From Alistipes sp. (GTDB lineage Bacteria; Bacteroidota; Bacteroidia; Bacteroidales; Rikenellaceae), in NCBI GenBank assembly GCA_045645705.1, contig JAZRJJ010000058.1, forward strand, positions 33,746-97,745: 64,000 bases of DNA, written 5' to 3'. This document shows, piece after piece, positions 61,139 through 64,000 of this stretch (position 1 is the first letter of the stretch; each line of letters begins with the position of its first letter). The position numbers and the translations under genes are program-made. The notes beneath the pieces were generated by a model. The model worked only from the letters and a program-made list of their open reading frames with translations, did no database searches and was not told the DNA's origin.

Positions 61139-61558
61139 ATGAATATTCATATTCCATATTCTGAAGTAAATCAGTTGATAGCTTCTAACATAGATATTCC
61201 AATTAGCGTCACATACAGAGGTGGCGGTGCGATATCGATAATGTATCGTTATAAAACAGACGTGTTTCTAATTGGCGAAATAACAAAAGATATTACCATT
61301 AATCTTGTTGTAGACTCTGTCTCGCCACGAACAGTTGTTCTTCGAACAGATAATGGTGCGCTTGTAGATACTATTATTTCTAAGGTACTACAATCAATCG
61401 TGACAAAGAAATCTATAAATTTTATCGAAATATCTGGCTCACGTATCAAACTTACTCTGGGAAAGATACCCTCAATTATACCTTTTTTGAGATTGGTTAA
61501 TTTGAAGAGTGTCACACCAACATCAAGTGAAATTACTATATCTGTTGATATAATTTAA
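61139..61558 (+). CDS. Hypothetical protein (probable paralog of 60720-61124)
   Basis: 139-aa ORF; MNIHIPYSEVN and IKLTLGKIPSIIPFL. Confidence 0.65.
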   Translation: MNIHIPYSEVNQLIASNIDIPISVTYRGGGAISIMYRYKTDVFLIGEITKDITINLVVDSVSPRTVVLRTDNGALVDTIISKVLQSIVTKKSINFIEISGSRIKLTLGKIPSIIPFLRLVNLKSVTPTSSEITISVDII

Positions 61559-61644
61559 TTATCTGTTTAGATTGTAAGCGGGAATTTACTGGAGGTCCAG
61601 ACATGTAATACCATTTTATTCTATAATCATTAAATCAAAAAGTT

Positions 61645-61902
61645 ATGTTTTTCAACGAATACGGAATCTTGGATATTGACGAAATGGTGGCAGGTAATGC
61701 ATCTTTCAAAACTATTATGGACGATGGCGTAGTAACAGAAGAGGAGATAAAGGCCCAGTCAGACAAGGTTATAGCAATGCTTCACGATATGGAGATGAAG
61801 TATAGTGAAGAGCAACTTGCTGAGATTAAGAGTTTGCTCGCAGAAACAAATGTATTGTACGCAGTATACAATTTTTATTCAATTCAAAACATTAATAAGT
61901 AA
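61645..61902 (+). CDS. Small acidic helical hypothetical protein
   Basis: FFNEYG...DDGVVTEEEI...ETNVL; paralog at 62953-63219. Confidence 0.7.
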   Translation: MFFNEYGILDIDEMVAGNASFKTIMDDGVVTEEEIKAQSDKVIAMLHDMEMKYSEEQLAEIKSLLAETNVLYAVYNFYSIQNINK

Positions 61903-61907
61903 TAGTT

Positions 61908-62408
61908 ATGGCAACTTTCAATACAAAAAAAATATTATACGGTTCACCATCATTAATCCCTACCATAGCAAATAATTTGCATTCAAAGTTTAAAGCCGAT
62001 GGCTACGACGTATCAATGGACGCGTTGAGCAGTGGCGGTTATGATATCTCTATTGCTAAGGGTAATTTGTTCAAAGCTGTTTTGGGAATGAAAACAGCTC
62101 TGAAGATTACATTGTTGCCTCAATCCGGTAATATATATTTTGAAGCAGGTGTTGGTATCTTTGGAAAACAAATTGTCCCTACACTTATAATGTGGTATGT
62201 TGCTTGGCCAGTTTTGTTAACTCAAATATGGGGACTTATTCAACAGTCAAAACTTGATGATGAAGCTCTTCGCATTGCTGAGGATGTCGTTTGTAAGAGT
62301 AATAATGGTGAAGTATCTGTTAACTTTGGTGGTAAGTTCTGCGTCAGTTGTGGTACCAAAAACGCAGAGTCTGCGAACTTCTGCCCAGGCTGTGGTAAAC
62401 CTCTATAA
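61908..62408 (+). CDS. Hypothetical protein with hydrophobic segment and C-terminal zinc ribbon
   Basis: VPTLIMWYVAWPVLL; KFCVSCG...FCPGCGKPL. Confidence 0.75.
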   Translation: MATFNTKKILYGSPSLIPTIANNLHSKFKADGYDVSMDALSSGGYDISIAKGNLFKAVLGMKTALKITLLPQSGNIYFEAGVGIFGKQIVPTLIMWYVAWPVLLTQIWGLIQQSKLDDEALRIAEDVVCKSNNGEVSVNFGGKFCVSCGTKNAESANFCPGCGKPL

Positions 62409-62420
62409 ATAATTAACAAT

Positions 62421-62951
62421 ATGGCAACAGTTATTGAAATTTATGAAGTAGCAAAGAGGGCAATCGCTGCATTAAAAAAGATTGATTCAGTGGCTTCAGG
62501 CGTATTGCCTGAGGATATTGAGAAGGTTGTTTTGAGGCATGCAAAAATTGCATTCGCATCGGCATTTATTCCAATTGGAGGTCTGGATGTAATAGCGGCT
62601 ACAGCTAATGTTTGGGCTATGTACATTAGTATAAATAATACGCTTGGCTTGAAATTTTCAGATCATCTTCTCAAAAGCATTGGATCCGCAATTGTGTCAA
62701 ATATTGTGCAAAATGTTGGACTCATGTCGGTTATATCAGCATTAAAATGGAATCCTGTTTCATGGCCCATATCTGTAGCGATTTTGACATCATCACTATA
62801 TGCACTCACTATCGCGTCTGGTTGGATATATCTTACAGCTTTGGCAAATATGGCACAACATGATAATGATATTACATCATCTGTGAAAGATATTCTTAGA
62901 AATAAAGCAGACATTAAAAGATTGTTTGACAAATTATCTAAAAGAAAGTAA
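62421..62951 (+). CDS. DUF697/YcjF-like membrane protein
   Basis: AFIPIGGLDVIAATANVWAMYISINNTLG resembles the 'PIP..D.......M...I...G' pattern; several hydrophobic helices. Confidence 0.55.
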   Translation: MATVIEIYEVAKRAIAALKKIDSVASGVLPEDIEKVVLRHAKIAFASAFIPIGGLDVIAATANVWAMYISINNTLGLKFSDHLLKSIGSAIVSNIVQNVGLMSVISALKWNPVSWPISVAILTSSLYALTIASGWIYLTALANMAQHDNDITSSVKDILRNKADIKRLFDKLSKRK

Positions 62952-62952
62952 T

Positions 62953-63219
62953 ATGAAAAAATTATTTTTCGATAATGATGGCTCTTTGGTTATCAATGAA
63001 TCAATAATGAATCATCCTTCGTACAATAAAATATTAGAAGATAATATTGTAACCGAAGAAGAATTGCAACATCAGATTAATGTAGTTCTTTCTCTGTTTC
63101 AGAAAATTGAGGAGGAATGTAGTGATATGCAGAAAGAGCTAATTAAGGAGTTAATAATAGAGACTAATATTTTAAATTATATATCTAAGATATATAATCT
63201 AAATACATCATTGGAGTAG
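62953..63219 (+). CDS. Small acidic helical hypothetical protein, paralog of 61645-61902
   Basis: FFDNDG...EDNIVTEEEL...ETNIL. Confidence 0.7.
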   Translation: MKKLFFDNDGSLVINESIMNHPSYNKILEDNIVTEEELQHQINVVLSLFQKIEEECSDMQKELIKELIIETNILNYISKIYNLNTSLE

Positions 63220-63225
63220 TTTCTT

Positions 63226-63648
63226 ATGATTAAAAGAAATATCTGAGACAGATTGAAGAGAGACTTCTTGCAGTATAGCTTGCTGCAGGAAGGCTCTCTT
63301 TCTGCTAAAGAAATAGCAGAAAAGTTCAAAATTGCAGACACATTGGGAGCTAATGTGCTGTTATTTGCCCTGGACAAGGAATCTAATGAAATGTGCTTTC
63401 ATGATTGTTCTTTAGGAAAGTATCGACATATTGATGTGAGCAAATATTCTAATGAAGATAAAGCCGATGCTATTACAAATCGAATATTAGAAAGAATATT
63501 ACCCGTAGGTGGATTAGTGACATTTGCAGAGAATTTTAGGTCTGGACGATTAGGAGTTAAGGATGAGGAAGAGGCAAAAAAACTATACAAATGCCTATTT
63601 GATATGGCAGAAAAATCAGACAATCCATATGCTTTGCAAAGACTCTAA
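63226..63648 (+). pseudogene. Hypothetical protein with probable early nonsense codon (or an intact ORF from TTG 63253)
   Basis: ATG at 63226 is in frame: MIKRNI*DRLKRDFL, with TGA at 63244-63246. Confidence 0.45.
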
Positions 63649-63703
63649 TGAGTTTTTCCCAAAGGCTCAAATCTATCTTCAAGAAATAACCCTTTAATAT
63701 AAT

Positions 63704-64000
63704 ATGGAAACAATTATAATTCTTTTAACCGCATTACTACCTATCGCCATCCTTGTATACTACATATACCATAAGGATAAGAAATCACCAGAGCCGACAG
63801 GACAATTGGTAAAGGCATTCTTTTACGGAATATTGTCTATTCCATTGTCCTTATGTATGTCGATACCATTAGGATTGATTGGTGTATATCCTGCTGAGGC
63901 GACAAGCATTTTGGGAAGTATCAGTACTGCATTCTTTGGAGCTGCGATACCTGAAGAAATAGCGAAGTTCTTTATGTTATGGCTGTTGTTGCGAAAGAAT
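63704..64000 (+). CDS. prsW: PrsW-family intramembrane glutamic protease (truncated by window end)
   Basis: METIIILLTALLPIAILVYYIYHKDKKSPEP...AAIPEEIAKF; D...PEP and EExxK motifs. Confidence 0.85.
   Translation, partial: METIIILLTALLPIAILVYYIYHKDKKSPEPTGQLVKAFFYGILSIPLSLCMSIPLGLIGVYPAEATSILGSISTAFFGAAIPEEIAKFFMLWLLLRKN

Larger units (their letters stand above)
52790..64000 (+). mobile_element. AT-rich genomic island (continues past the window end)
   Basis: Abrupt switch to AT-rich sequence and A/T-ending codons after the purB terminator; integrase remnant at the left edge; all genes co-oriented. Confidence 0.7.

Noticed and set aside
53177-64000. Capsular polysaccharide locus, or canonical Thoeris/CBASS
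   Set aside because: No sugar-pathway genes after upxY in the window; no ThsA (SIR2/SLOG or Macro) or CD-NTase recognised.

Overview
Bacteroidales chromosome segment, probably Rikenellaceae/Alistipes-like (inferred from gene content, TAnnTTTG promoters and mostly SD-less starts). 1-28.5 kb: housekeeping genes (recN, coaBC, rpoZ, bamD, rpsF-rpsR-rplI, secG, lptE, galK, nusB, yajC, P-type ATPase, LytS/LytTR pair) plus three tandem surface lipoproteins. 28.5-52.7 kb: divergent de novo pyrimidine (pyrC-carA-carB-pyrK-pyrD-pyrF-pyrE-pyrB) and purine (purE-L-C-F-M-N-H-D-folD-purB) operons of Firmicutes-type enzymes. Each has a leader ORF plus terminator-like hairpin, and a non-coding inverted-repeat structure lies between them. 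CarA has lost its whole glutaminase triad. A ~124-bp rod-like repeat with compensatory base changes occurs 3 times, plus 1 degenerate copy. From ~52.8 kb to the end is an AT-rich island: tyrosine-integrase remnant, UpxY antiterminator, CASTOR/POLLUX-like channel-RCK-RyR protein, ECF sigma, anti-sigma-like/C39-like peptidase/RyR fusion, membrane-anchored TIR protein, M48 and PrsW proteases, and small paralogous or zinc-ribbon proteins. This island is the best candidate for an undescribed signalling or defence system. All calls come from reading motifs by eye; no searches were run.
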